64,000 nt of DNA, from assembly GCA_963743915.1 (NCBI GenBank), contig CAVURN010000005.1:448001-512000 (forward strand), read 5' to 3'. The notes below the pieces were generated by a model. That model was not told the origin of the DNA, ran no database searches, and saw nothing but the letters and a program-made list of their open reading frames with translations. Both the position numbers and the translations under genes were made by a program. The DNA is from an uncultured Actinomycetota bacterium (GTDB lineage Bacteria > Actinomycetota > Actinomycetes > JAHEKZ01). Shown one piece after another: positions 29,640 through 38,039 of this stretch (its first letter is position 1; every line of letters starts with the position of its first letter).

Positions 29640-30761
29640 ATGGCGGACTCGGACTTCGTACCCGGCCTCGAGGGCGTCATCGCCTTCGAGACAGAGATCG
29701 CTGAGCCGGACAAGGAAGGCAGCGCCCTGCGCTACCGAGGCGTGGACATCGAGGACCTGGTCGGACGGGTCTCGTTCGGCAACGTCTGGGGCCTGCTCGT
29801 CGACAACGAGTTCAACCCCGGCCTCCCACCCGCCGAGCCGTTCCCGCTCCCCGTGCACTCCGGTGACGTGCGGGTCGACGTGCAGAGCGCACTGGCGATG
29901 CTCTCACCGTCGTGGGGCCTCCGCCCGCTGCTGGACGTCGACCACGACCAGGCGCGGGACGACCTCGCCAGGGCCAGCGTCATGGCGATGTCCTACGTCG
30001 CCCAGTCGGCCCGCGGCCTCGGCCTGCCGATGGTGCCGCAGAGCGAGATCGACAAGGCCTCGACCGTGGTCGAGCGCTTCATGATCCGCTGGCGCGGCGA
30101 GCCCGATCCTCTGCACGTGAAGGCCGTGGACGCCTACTTCGTCTCGGCCGCCGAGCACGGCATGAACGCGTCCACCTTCACCGCGCGGGTCATCGCGTCG
30201 ACCGGCGCGGACGTCGCGGCGGCGCTGTCCGGTGCGGTCGGCGCGATGTCCGGCCCGCTGCACGGTGGCGCGCCTTCGCGCGTCCTGCACATGCTCGAGG
30301 AGGTCGAGCGGACCGGCGACGCCGAGGGCTTCGTGCGTCACATCCTGGACACCAAGCAGCGGCTCATGGGCTTCGGGCACCGCGTGTACCGCGCGGAGGA
30401 CCCCCGCGCCCGCGTGCTCCGTCGCACCGCTCGCGACCTCGGAGCTCCGCGCTACGAGGTGGCGGAGGAGCTCGAGCGCGCCGCGCTGAAGATCCTCGCC
30501 GAACGCAAGCCGGACCGGGTGATCGCGACCAACGTCGAGTTCTGGTCCGCCGTCGTCCTCGACTTCGCCGAGGTCCCCGCGCACATGTTCACGCCGATGT
30601 TCACCTGTGCGCGCACGGCAGGCTGGAGCGCGCACATCCTCGAGCAGCGCATGACCGGCCGGCTCATCCGACCGTCGGCCCGCTACGTGGGCCCCGCACC
30701 CCGCAAGCCCGAGGACGTCGAGGGCTGGGACCGCGAGGTCAAGCCCTCCTACGCCATCTGA
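29640..30761 (+). CDS. citA: Citrate synthase 2
   Basis: [48 protein letters not shown]. Confidence 0.95.
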   Translation: MADSDFVPGLEGVIAFETEIAEPDKEGSALRYRGVDIEDLVGRVSFGNVWGLLVDNEFNPGLPPAEPFPLPVHSGDVRVDVQSALAMLSPSWGLRPLLDVDHDQARDDLARASVMAMSYVAQSARGLGLPMVPQSEIDKASTVVERFMIRWRGEPDPLHVKAVDAYFVSAAEHGMNASTFTARVIASTGADVAAALSGAVGAMSGPLHGGAPSRVLHMLEEVERTGDAEGFVRHILDTKQRLMGFGHRVYRAEDPRARVLRRTARDLGAPRYEVAEELERAALKILAERKPDRVIATNVEFWSAVVLDFAEVPAHMFTPMFTCARTAGWSAHILEQRMTGRLIRPSARYVGPAPRKPEDVEGWDREVKPSYAI

Positions 30762-30855
30762 CCCACCGTTCGCTCGGCGTCGAGGCATTTCACGCTGCGG
30801 AAATCTCGGCGGCCCGCCGGGTGCTGGGTTGCCCGCGCCTCCTAGGCTGAGGGTC

Positions 30856-31974
30856 ATGGCGAATGTGACGATCCCCGAGAACCTCAAGCCGGCCGACGGA
30901 CGCTTCGGTGCCGGACCCAGCAAGGTCCGCAAGGAGCAGGTGGACGCCGTCGCCGCGCGGTGGCAGAGCCACCTCGGCACGTCGCACCGACAGGCGACCA
31001 TCAAGGACGAGGTCGGCCGGCTGCGGAGCGGGCTACGTCAGCTCTTCGCGCTCCCGGACGGCTACGAGGTCGTCCTCGGCAACGGCGGCGCCACCGCGTT
31101 CTGGGAGGTCGCGGCCTTCGGTCTCGTCCAGCAGAAGAGCCAGCACCTGTCGTTCGGCGAGTTCGGGTCGAAGTTCGTCACCTCGGTGAAGATGGCGCCG
31201 CACCTGGACGCGCCGACCGTCATCACCAGCGACCCCGGGGACGCGCCGAGCTTCCTGCCCGAGCCGGACATCGACGTGTACGCGTCGCCGCACAACGAGA
31301 CGTCCACCGGGGTCTCGGTCGACGTCAGGCGCGTCGACGGCACCGGCGAGGCACTCATGGTGTGGGACGCCACCTCCGGTGCCGGTGGCCTGCCGGTGCA
31401 GGCCACCGAGTTCGACGTCTACTACTTCGCGCCGCAGAAGGCCTTCGGCTCCGAGGGTGGTCTCTGGATCGCGCTGATGTCGCCTGCCGCGCTGCAGCGG
31501 GCGTCGCAGATCAAGGAGAGCGGCCGCTACATCCCGCCGTTCCTCGACCTGCAGACCGCGATCGACAACTCGGTCAAGGACCAGACGTACAACACCCCGT
31601 CGTTGTCGACCATCCTGATGATGGCCGAGCAGGTCGACTGGTTCAACGCCAACGGTGGCCTCGACTTCGCCGTCGGACGTTCCTCTGCGTCAGCGGAGAT
31701 CCTCTACGGCTGGGCCGACAAGGTCGACTACGCGACGCCGTTCGTCGTCGACACCGACAAGCGCTCCAACGTCGTCGGCTGCATCGACTTCGTGGAGTCG
31801 GTGGACGCAGCCGAGATCGCCAAGGTGCTGCGGGCCAACGGGATCGTCGACACCGAGCCGTACCGCAAGCTCGGCCGCAACCAGCTGCGCATCGCGATGT
31901 TCCCCGGGATCGACCCCGCGGACGTCGAGGCGCTCACCGGCTGCATCGACTACGTGGTCGGCGAGCTCTCGTAA
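30856..31974 (+). CDS. serC: Phosphoserine aminotransferase (actinobacterial type)
   Basis: DGRFGAGPSKVR, GTSHRQ, HNETSTG, YYFAPQK, DTEPYRKLGRNQLR. Confidence 0.95.
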   Translation: MANVTIPENLKPADGRFGAGPSKVRKEQVDAVAARWQSHLGTSHRQATIKDEVGRLRSGLRQLFALPDGYEVVLGNGGATAFWEVAAFGLVQQKSQHLSFGEFGSKFVTSVKMAPHLDAPTVITSDPGDAPSFLPEPDIDVYASPHNETSTGVSVDVRRVDGTGEALMVWDATSGAGGLPVQATEFDVYYFAPQKAFGSEGGLWIALMSPAALQRASQIKESGRYIPPFLDLQTAIDNSVKDQTYNTPSLSTILMMAEQVDWFNANGGLDFAVGRSSASAEILYGWADKVDYATPFVVDTDKRSNVVGCIDFVESVDAAEIAKVLRANGIVDTEPYRKLGRNQLRIAMFPGIDPADVEALTGCIDYVVGELS

Positions 31975-31986
31975 CGGAAGCTCGGG

Positions 31987-34299
31987 CTAGTCGCCGGACG
32001 AGCTGCGCCCCCGCAGCAACGAGACTCCGGCTGCCATGGCACCGATCACCACGACCGCCAGCACGCCGGCGGCGAGCAGCGGCCCGCGTGACGACTCGTC
32101 ACCGGCGGAGGTCTGAGTCGTCGGGCTCGTGGGGACCGGGAGCGTGATGGCATACAGAGGCTGGTCGACGCCCTCGGTGCCGACGACGACGGCGCGACCG
32201 TTGGGCGTGTACGCGAGGGTCTCTCCCTGCGGCTGCAACGGCAGCGGATAGACGACGCCGTCATCGGCTCTCGTTCCCCCGGACAGGAATGCGTCTGCGT
32301 CGAAGAGGAACAGCGAGGTGTACGTGCGCAACGCCACCTGTGACCCGTCCGGTGAAAGAGCGCCGTCGGTGACGAACATCGGCGCCGGACCCACCCGCTC
32401 CAGCGTGGTCGTGGCACCGAACTCGGGCACCTCGGGGGTGGCGTAGATGCCGGCCCCCAGGGCTTCCTTGGTCACCACGTACATACGACCCTTCGCGTCC
32501 ACGAAGAACGCCTCCGCGTTGTGCGCGCCGTCCGGGTACCGCAGCTCGACACGACGCCAGGGGACGTCCTGGACGCCGAGGTCCTCCGGTTCGGAGATGC
32601 GGAAGGCGCGAATCACCCCGTACTGCGCGTCGTTGTCCCCGATGTCGGCGATCCAGAGCGCCGGGTCGCCGCTCTCGTCGGTGCCCGGCGACATCGCCTC
32701 CCAGTCGCGGTTGTAGACGCTGCGGAGCGTGAGCTCGGCCACCGTCCGACCCGTGTCGTCGACGCCGTAGACGACCTGGCCGCCCTTGCTGTCGTTGACG
32801 ATCCAGACGACGCCGGGGTGCAGGTCGCTGACGACCATGCCACTCGCCTCGTCGATCCGTGGGTCCTGGACGTTCGCCAGGCGCTCGGACGTCAAGTCGT
32901 CGGGGTTGCCGGGGCTCGGCTCGCCGGTCGGTGGCAGCAGGAAGCCGGTGAGCGCCAGCACGCCGGCCGCCGGGAGTGCCAGTGCTCGCGTCGTGGAGCC
33001 GAAGGGCACCGCCAGCCGCATCCCTGGACGCACGGACTCCAGATCTGCCGGTTCGGCGATGTGCAGGTGCGGACGCGGACGCAGGTGGGCGCGCACGGTC
33101 AGGCCGCCTTGGCGCAACCGGATGCCCGCGACGGCGAGGGCGGCGAGCGCGGACACGATTCCCCCCAACGCGATCGACCAGCGGGGACCGAAGGTCTCGG
33201 CGACCCATCCGACGAGCGGGCTGCCGAGGGGCGTCCCGCCCATGAAGAGCAGCGTATAGATGCCGAGGACACGTCCACGCAGCTCTGGTTCGGAGTTGAG
33301 CTGAAGGAACGACTGCGCGGCGTTGATCAGGGTCAGGGCACCGACCCCCACCAGTGGCAGCGCCAGGACGAACGCCAGGTAGGTCGGCATCAGCGACACC
33401 GTGACCGCAGCCGCTCCGAAGGCGAGCGCGGCGAGCACCACCAGTCGCACGCGAGGGGCGCCACGGCGAGCAGCTGCCAGCGAGCCAGCGAGCGAGCCGA
33501 CGGCGAGCACTGTGGACGCGACGCCGAATGCGGCGGCACCCAGGCCGAACTCGACGGTGACCATGGAGGCGATGGTCAGCTGGAAGTTGAGCCCGAAGGT
33601 CCCCACGAAGAAGGCGATGGCGAGGACCAGCATCAGGTCAGGACGCGAGCGCACGTACGCAAGGCCCTCGCGCAGGTTGCCTCCGTCGCGCGTGGGCACT
33701 GCCGGAGTGAGCAGGTCGGCGTGACGGATCCGACTCAGGGCGAGCACCACGGCGGCGTAGCCCAGCGCGTTGATGACGAACACCCACCCCGTCCCGACCG
33801 CCGCGATCAGCAGACCGGCGACAGCCGGCCCGAAGACGCGTCCGAGGTTGAACGAGGCTGTGTTCAGGGCGACGGCGTTCGGCAGGTCGTCGACGTCGAC
33901 CATCTCGGAGACGAACGCCTGGCGGGCCGGGCTGTCGAGTGCCGCCACGGACCCCACCACGAAGGCCATCACCATCACCAGCGTCACGGTGGCGAGACCG
34001 GTGAGGACGAGGGCCCCGAGGACGAGGGCGAGAGTGGCCATCAGGGTGCCGGTGACCATGAGCAGGCGGCGCCTGGGGAACCGGTCGGCCAGGCCCCCGC
34101 CCCAGAGGCTGAACAGCAGCATCGGCAGGAACTGCAGGCCCACGGCGATGCCCAGGGCGGTGGGCGAGCCGTCGGTGAGCTCGAGCACCAACCAGTCCTG
34201 CGCGACCCGCTGCATCCAGATGCCGACGTTGGCCAGCAGCTGACCGCTCGCGTACAAGCGGTAGTTGCGGACCTGCAGGGAACGGAAGGTGGGGCTCAC
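31987..34299 (-). CDS. MFS transporter fused in frame to a putative extracellular beta-propeller with a C-terminal TM anchor
   Basis: About 400-aa MFS (FRSLQVRNYRLY, WMQRVAQDWLVL), then EASG/NDS/DWEA/DIGDN/NAEA/TDG/LRTY/QGE motifs and a terminal TM helix. Confidence 0.8.
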   Translation of the reverse strand: MSPTFRSLQVRNYRLYASGQLLANVGIWMQRVAQDWLVLELTDGSPTALGIAVGLQFLPMLLFSLWGGGLADRFPRRRLLMVTGTLMATLALVLGALVLTGLATVTLVMVMAFVVGSVAALDSPARQAFVSEMVDVDDLPNAVALNTASFNLGRVFGPAVAGLLIAAVGTGWVFVINALGYAAVVLALSRIRHADLLTPAVPTRDGGNLREGLAYVRSRPDLMLVLAIAFFVGTFGLNFQLTIASMVTVEFGLGAAAFGVASTVLAVGSLAGSLAAARRGAPRVRLVVLAALAFGAAAVTVSLMPTYLAFVLALPLVGVGALTLINAAQSFLQLNSEPELRGRVLGIYTLLFMGGTPLGSPLVGWVAETFGPRWSIALGGIVSALAALAVAGIRLRQGGLTVRAHLRPRPHLHIAEPADLESVRPGMRLAVPFGSTTRALALPAAGVLALTGFLLPPTGEPSPGNPDDLTSERLANVQDPRIDEASGMVVSDLHPGVVWIVNDSKGGQVVYGVDDTGRTVAELTLRSVYNRDWEAMSPGTDESGDPALWIADIGDNDAQYGVIRAFRISEPEDLGVQDVPWRRVELRYPDGAHNAEAFFVDAKGRMYVVTKEALGAGIYATPEVPEFGATTTLERVGPAPMFVTDGALSPDGSQVALRTYTSLFLFDADAFLSGGTRADDGVVYPLPLQPQGETLAYTPNGRAVVVGTEGVDQPLYAITLPVPTSPTTQTSAGDESSRGPLLAAGVLAVVVIGAMAAGVSLLRGRSSSGD

Positions 34300-34778
34300 T
34301 CGCTGACCAGTTCCTCCAGGATCGGGATGACCTCACGCAGGGCACGCCGCTTGTCGGGGGCGAGCGCGGCCAGGCGCTGCGCCAGCCAGGCCTCGCGGCG
34401 TCGGCGGTCGGTCTTCAGAAGTGCACGCGCCTCGTCCGTCACCTCGACGAGCACCTGGCGTCCGTCGGTGGGGTGCGGCGTCCGCAGCACCAGACCTTGG
34501 TCGACGAGGCCGGCGAGGATACGGGTCATCGACGGCGGCTTGACCCGCTCGAGCGTGGCCAGGTGGCCCGGGGTGGTGGGCCCGGAACGCTCCAGGGACG
34601 CCAGGGCGGACATCTGGGTGAGGCTGAGGTCGAAGTCGGCCCGCTCGCTGCGCAGCCGCCGGGCGAGCCGCATCACGGCGATGCGCAGGTCTCCCGCCAG
34701 CGGGGACGCGGGGCGTGCCGGCGCGCGTTCGACGGACTCGGCGGGCACGGGTCGGGTGGCGGTGGGGGCTGCTGGCAT
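34296..34778 (-). CDS. MarR-family regulator (Rv0880-like)
   Basis: LRIAVMRLARRLR, ERVKPPSMTR, RTPHPTDGRQ. Confidence 0.93.
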   Translation of the reverse strand: MPAAPTATRPVPAESVERAPARPASPLAGDLRIAVMRLARRLRSERADFDLSLTQMSALASLERSGPTTPGHLATLERVKPPSMTRILAGLVDQGLVLRTPHPTDGRQVLVEVTDEARALLKTDRRRREAWLAQRLAALAPDKRRALREVIPILEELVSE

Positions 34779-34794
34779 GTCGTTAGCATAACTC

Positions 34795-34809
34795 ATTACC
34801 TCAGGTAAT
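34795..34809. promoter_or_regulatory. Putative MarR operator
   Basis: Perfect AT-rich palindrome ATTACCT-C-AGGTAAT 16 nt upstream of the marR start. Confidence 0.7.
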
Positions 34810-36029
34810 CATTCCCCCGATTCGGTGACGCCCGACCCTCCGCGCTCGAGCAGCAGCTCCAGGTACGGACGCACCTGCCACTCCGACACCAGGCGGCGGT
34901 ACTCCGCGTCCTGCTCGACGGTGGGCGGCACACCGGTGCGGTGGGCCCGCAGCAGCACGTTGCGTGGAGTGTGCTGGCTGTCGACGAACTCCACGACGTC
35001 CGTGCGGTAGCCGGAGCGGCGCAGCAGGTGCACCCGGAGGGCATCGGTGAGCAGGTCGCCCCACCGTTCACGCAGCAGCCCGTGCCGCGTCACGAGGTCG
35101 TACGGTTCCGGGGCCTGCGCCCGGCGCAGCTGACGCTGGAGGTCGTGGTGGCAGCAGGGAGCCGCAAGGACGAGGTCGCTCCGCCAGCCGATGGCCCGCG
35201 CCAACGCCTCGTCGGTGGCCGTGTCGCAGGCGTGGAGCGCCAGGGCGACGTGGACCGGGGTGGTGACCTCGGCGTCCGCGATCGTGCCCTCGACGAAGCG
35301 GACGTCGTCGGACCAGCCGAGCCGCTGCGCCATCTCGGTGTTGTGCCGACGCGCCTGCTCCTTGACGTCGACGCCCACCATCTCGACCGACAGTCCGAGG
35401 GCCGAGGTCAGGTGCCGGTACGCGGCGAAGGTCAGGTAGGCGTTGCCGCACCCCAGGTCCACGACGCGCAGCCGGGCCGCCGACAGCCGCCCGGCATCGC
35501 GCGCCTCGCGCACGGAGGCGTCGAGCAGCCGCACGAACTCCTCGACCTGGCGGTACTTGTCGGTGCGGGACGGCTTGATCCGCCCGCTTCCGTCGGTGAT
35601 CCCGAGCTCGTGCAGGAACGGTTCACCGGTGTCCACCAGCCGCGACTTCGTGCGGTCGTGGACGACGTCCTGCGCGTGGGCCGTGGCCGAGCGCGTGACC
35701 AGCACGCGACCTGACTTGGTCACGCGGTAGCCCAGCTCGCCCTCGGTGGTCGCGACGTGCCAGTGACCGAGCGGCTCGGCCAGCAGGGCGTCCACCGCAG
35801 CAGCCGCGCCGGCGCCCCACGGGTGGTTCTGCGTGAACGCCTGACGTTCGTCGTGGGTGACGACCTGCAGATGGGGTCCCCCCTTGATCACAACGGGACG
35901 CAGCTCGACCCTGCGCCAGCGTGGTTGCTGACCTTTGAGGGCGCCCCCCGCCGTCGCGCGCACCAGATGGTCGGCGTCCAGCAGCCGCTGGCGGACCTCG
36001 GCAGCCGCGTTGGCGAGGTCGTCGGACAC
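34809..36029 (-). CDS. Class I SAM-dependent methyltransferase (Methyltransf_32-like)
   Basis: KYRQVEEF, VVDLGCGNAYLTF, ALHACDTATD, PCCHH, HTPRN. Confidence 0.9.
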   Translation of the reverse strand: MSDDLANAAAEVRQRLLDADHLVRATAGGALKGQQPRWRRVELRPVVIKGGPHLQVVTHDERQAFTQNHPWGAGAAAAVDALLAEPLGHWHVATTEGELGYRVTKSGRVLVTRSATAHAQDVVHDRTKSRLVDTGEPFLHELGITDGSGRIKPSRTDKYRQVEEFVRLLDASVREARDAGRLSAARLRVVDLGCGNAYLTFAAYRHLTSALGLSVEMVGVDVKEQARRHNTEMAQRLGWSDDVRFVEGTIADAEVTTPVHVALALHACDTATDEALARAIGWRSDLVLAAPCCHHDLQRQLRRAQAPEPYDLVTRHGLLRERWGDLLTDALRVHLLRRSGYRTDVVEFVDSQHTPRNVLLRAHRTGVPPTVEQDAEYRRLVSEWQVRPYLELLLERGGSGVTESGE

Positions 36030-36046
36030 CCGCCTACTGTCTCACC

Positions 36047-37018
36047 ATGGAGTACACCCACCTCGGACGCACCGGACTGCAGGTCTCCCGACTCTGTCTC
36101 GGGACCATGAACTTCGGGCCGCAGACGAGCGAGCCGGACTCGTTCACCGTGATGGATCGGGCCTTGGACGCCGGCATCAACTTCTTCGACACCGCCAACG
36201 TGTACGGCTGGGAGATGGGCAAGGGCGTCACGGAGCAGATCGTCGGACGGTGGTTCGCGCAGGGGGGCGGACGCCGCGACAAGGTGGTGCTCGCCACCAA
36301 GCTCTACGGCTCGATGAGCGAGTGGCCCAACGACACGTTCCTCTCGGCGCGCAACATCAGGCGCGCCTGCGACGCCTCCCTGCAGCGGCTGCAGACCGAC
36401 TGGATCGACCTGTACCAGATGCACCACGTCGACCGGAGCACGCCGTGGGAGGAGATCTGGGAGGCGTTCAGCGTCCTGCGGCAGCAGGGCAAGGTGCTCT
36501 ACTTCGGTTCGTCGAACTTCGCGGGATGGCACCTGGCACAGGCGCAGGAAGCCGCACAGCGCCTGGGGATGCTCGGCCTGGCCAGTGAGCAGTCGATCTA
36601 CAACCTCGCCGTTCGCACCGTCGAGCTCGAGGTGCTTCCGGCGGCGCGCCACTACGGGATCGGCGTCATCCCGTGGTCACCGCTCTTCGGCGGCGTCCTC
36701 GGCGGGATCCTGGAGAAGGCTCACGAGGGCCGGGCGGTCGGTGAACGCACGCAGGAGCGGCTCGGTGACCGTCGGCCGCAGGTGGAGCAGTACGAGGCGT
36801 TCTGTCGCGAGTTCGGCGAGCCACCCGCCGACGTCGCCGTGGCGTGGCTTCTGGCGCAGGACGGCGTCACGGCGCCGATCATCGGACCGCGCACCGTCGA
36901 GCAGCTCGACGGCAACCTGCGGGCTCTCGAGGTGACGCTCGGGGCAGATGCGATGGCCCGGCTGGACGAGATCTGGCCCGGCCCGGGAGGAACCGCCCCC
37001 GAGGCCTACGCCTGGTGA
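36047..37018 (+). CDS. Aldo/keto reductase
   Basis: LGRTGLQVSRLCLGTMNFG, DTANVYG, IDLYQMH, PWSPL. Confidence 0.95.
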   Translation: MEYTHLGRTGLQVSRLCLGTMNFGPQTSEPDSFTVMDRALDAGINFFDTANVYGWEMGKGVTEQIVGRWFAQGGGRRDKVVLATKLYGSMSEWPNDTFLSARNIRRACDASLQRLQTDWIDLYQMHHVDRSTPWEEIWEAFSVLRQQGKVLYFGSSNFAGWHLAQAQEAAQRLGMLGLASEQSIYNLAVRTVELEVLPAARHYGIGVIPWSPLFGGVLGGILEKAHEGRAVGERTQERLGDRRPQVEQYEAFCREFGEPPADVAVAWLLAQDGVTAPIIGPRTVEQLDGNLRALEVTLGADAMARLDEIWPGPGGTAPEAYAW

Positions 37019-37224
37019 CGGCGCAGCCATGCGTCACGGGTGAGGCGGAGCCAGTCGAGTGTGCGCAGCCACTCGACGCCCACGGGCAGCACCCGGGGGA
37101 CACCGGCAGCCTGGCGGGCAGCGCCAGAGCACTCGGCGGGCCTAGAGACCGCGGCCAGGACCACGACCGCCACGAAGACGAGCAGCGCCAGCGGCACCAC
37201 CCAGCGACGGGTCCTCGGGTCCAT
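37006..37224 (-). CDS. Small membrane peptide (only the N-terminal ~28 aa is convincing)
   Basis: TAGGCT-N7-ATG leaderless signal and one TM helix; the rest of the ORF runs through a REP-like element. Confidence 0.4.
   Translation of the reverse strand: MDPRTRRWVVPLALLVFVAVVVLAAVSRPAECSGAARQAAGVPRVLPVGVEWLRTLDWLRLTRDAWLRRHQA
37054..37138. repeat. REP-like element (GYCGAGTG/CACTCGRC family)
   Basis: GTCGAGTG-N8-CACTCGAC hairpin plus distal GCACTCGGCG. Confidence 0.55.
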
Positions 37225-37234
37225 GCGATCGAGC

Positions 37235-37765
37235 CTAGGCGAACGGAATCTCGGCCAGGACCTCGTGCTTCGGCTGCGCGCCCGGTGTACTTCTCACGAG
37301 GACGATGTGGTCGACCGACCAGGAAGCCTGCACGGTTCCGAGTGCTTCGACCAGCGGCCGAAGGTCGGTGGGACGACGCGCCCGAGCCAGTGTCACGTGC
37401 GGGCGGTAGCGGGCTTCCGGCACCTCCAGCCCACAGCGACGACTGGCCGCGGCGGTGCGGTCGGCCAGGCGCCGGAGCGCGGCAAGCTCTCCGGTGACGC
37501 GGCCATGGACGATGCGCTGCCCGAATCGCGCTGCACCGTCGATCCGCACCTCGAAGGGCTCGGTGCGCGCCGCGGCACGGCGCAGTCGAGCGACGAGTCC
37601 TTCGACCCGATCCTCGGGCAGCTCTGCCAGAAAGGTGAGGGTCAGGTGCCAACGTTCGGGCGACGTCCAGGCAACCTCAGGACACGACTCCCGCACCGGG
37701 GCCACCGCGCGGTCCAACGTGCTGCGCACCGGCTGGGGCACCTCGACGGCCACGAACGCACGCAC
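37235..37765 (-). CDS. thpR: RNA 2',3'-cyclic phosphodiesterase (2H family)
   Basis: RAFVAV start; two HxT motifs (HLTLTFL and RPHVTLAR). Confidence 0.92.
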   Translation of the reverse strand: MRAFVAVEVPQPVRSTLDRAVAPVRESCPEVAWTSPERWHLTLTFLAELPEDRVEGLVARLRRAAARTEPFEVRIDGAARFGQRIVHGRVTGELAALRRLADRTAAASRRCGLEVPEARYRPHVTLARARRPTDLRPLVEALGTVQASWSVDHIVLVRSTPGAQPKHEVLAEIPFA

Positions 37766-37799
37766 CGGACCTCCCTCCGCCTCGGCTATCGTCCCCGAC

Positions 37800-38039
37800 A
37801 TGGGCACCCCCGCGCGCCAGGTGGCGCCGCTCGACGTCGACGCCGTGCGCACCGTGCAGGTGGGGACCGTTCTCTGGGCCGGCGCCCTGGTCGTCGCGCT
37901 CGTGCTGCGGGAACGGCTGTCCGACGACGGGCACCAGTGGTGGATCTGGACGTGTGTGGCGGGCGTCCTGCTCGGTCTGGCGGGCATCGTCATCACCACG
38001 CGGCGCCGACGTCGGCTCGCCCGCGCTCAGGCGTCGTAG
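37800..38039 (+). CDS. DUF2530 membrane protein
   Basis: VGTVLW...WIWTCVAGVLLG...RRRRR; conserved neighbourhood. Confidence 0.85.
   Translation: MGTPARQVAPLDVDAVRTVQVGTVLWAGALVVALVLRERLSDDGHQWWIWTCVAGVLLGLAGIVITTRRRRRLARAQAS

Noticed and set aside
30778-30811. Bulged hairpin after citA (CGTCGAG..ATTTC / GAAATCTCGGCG)
   Set aside because: Weak. Probably a terminator or degenerate REP, but there is too little support to call it.
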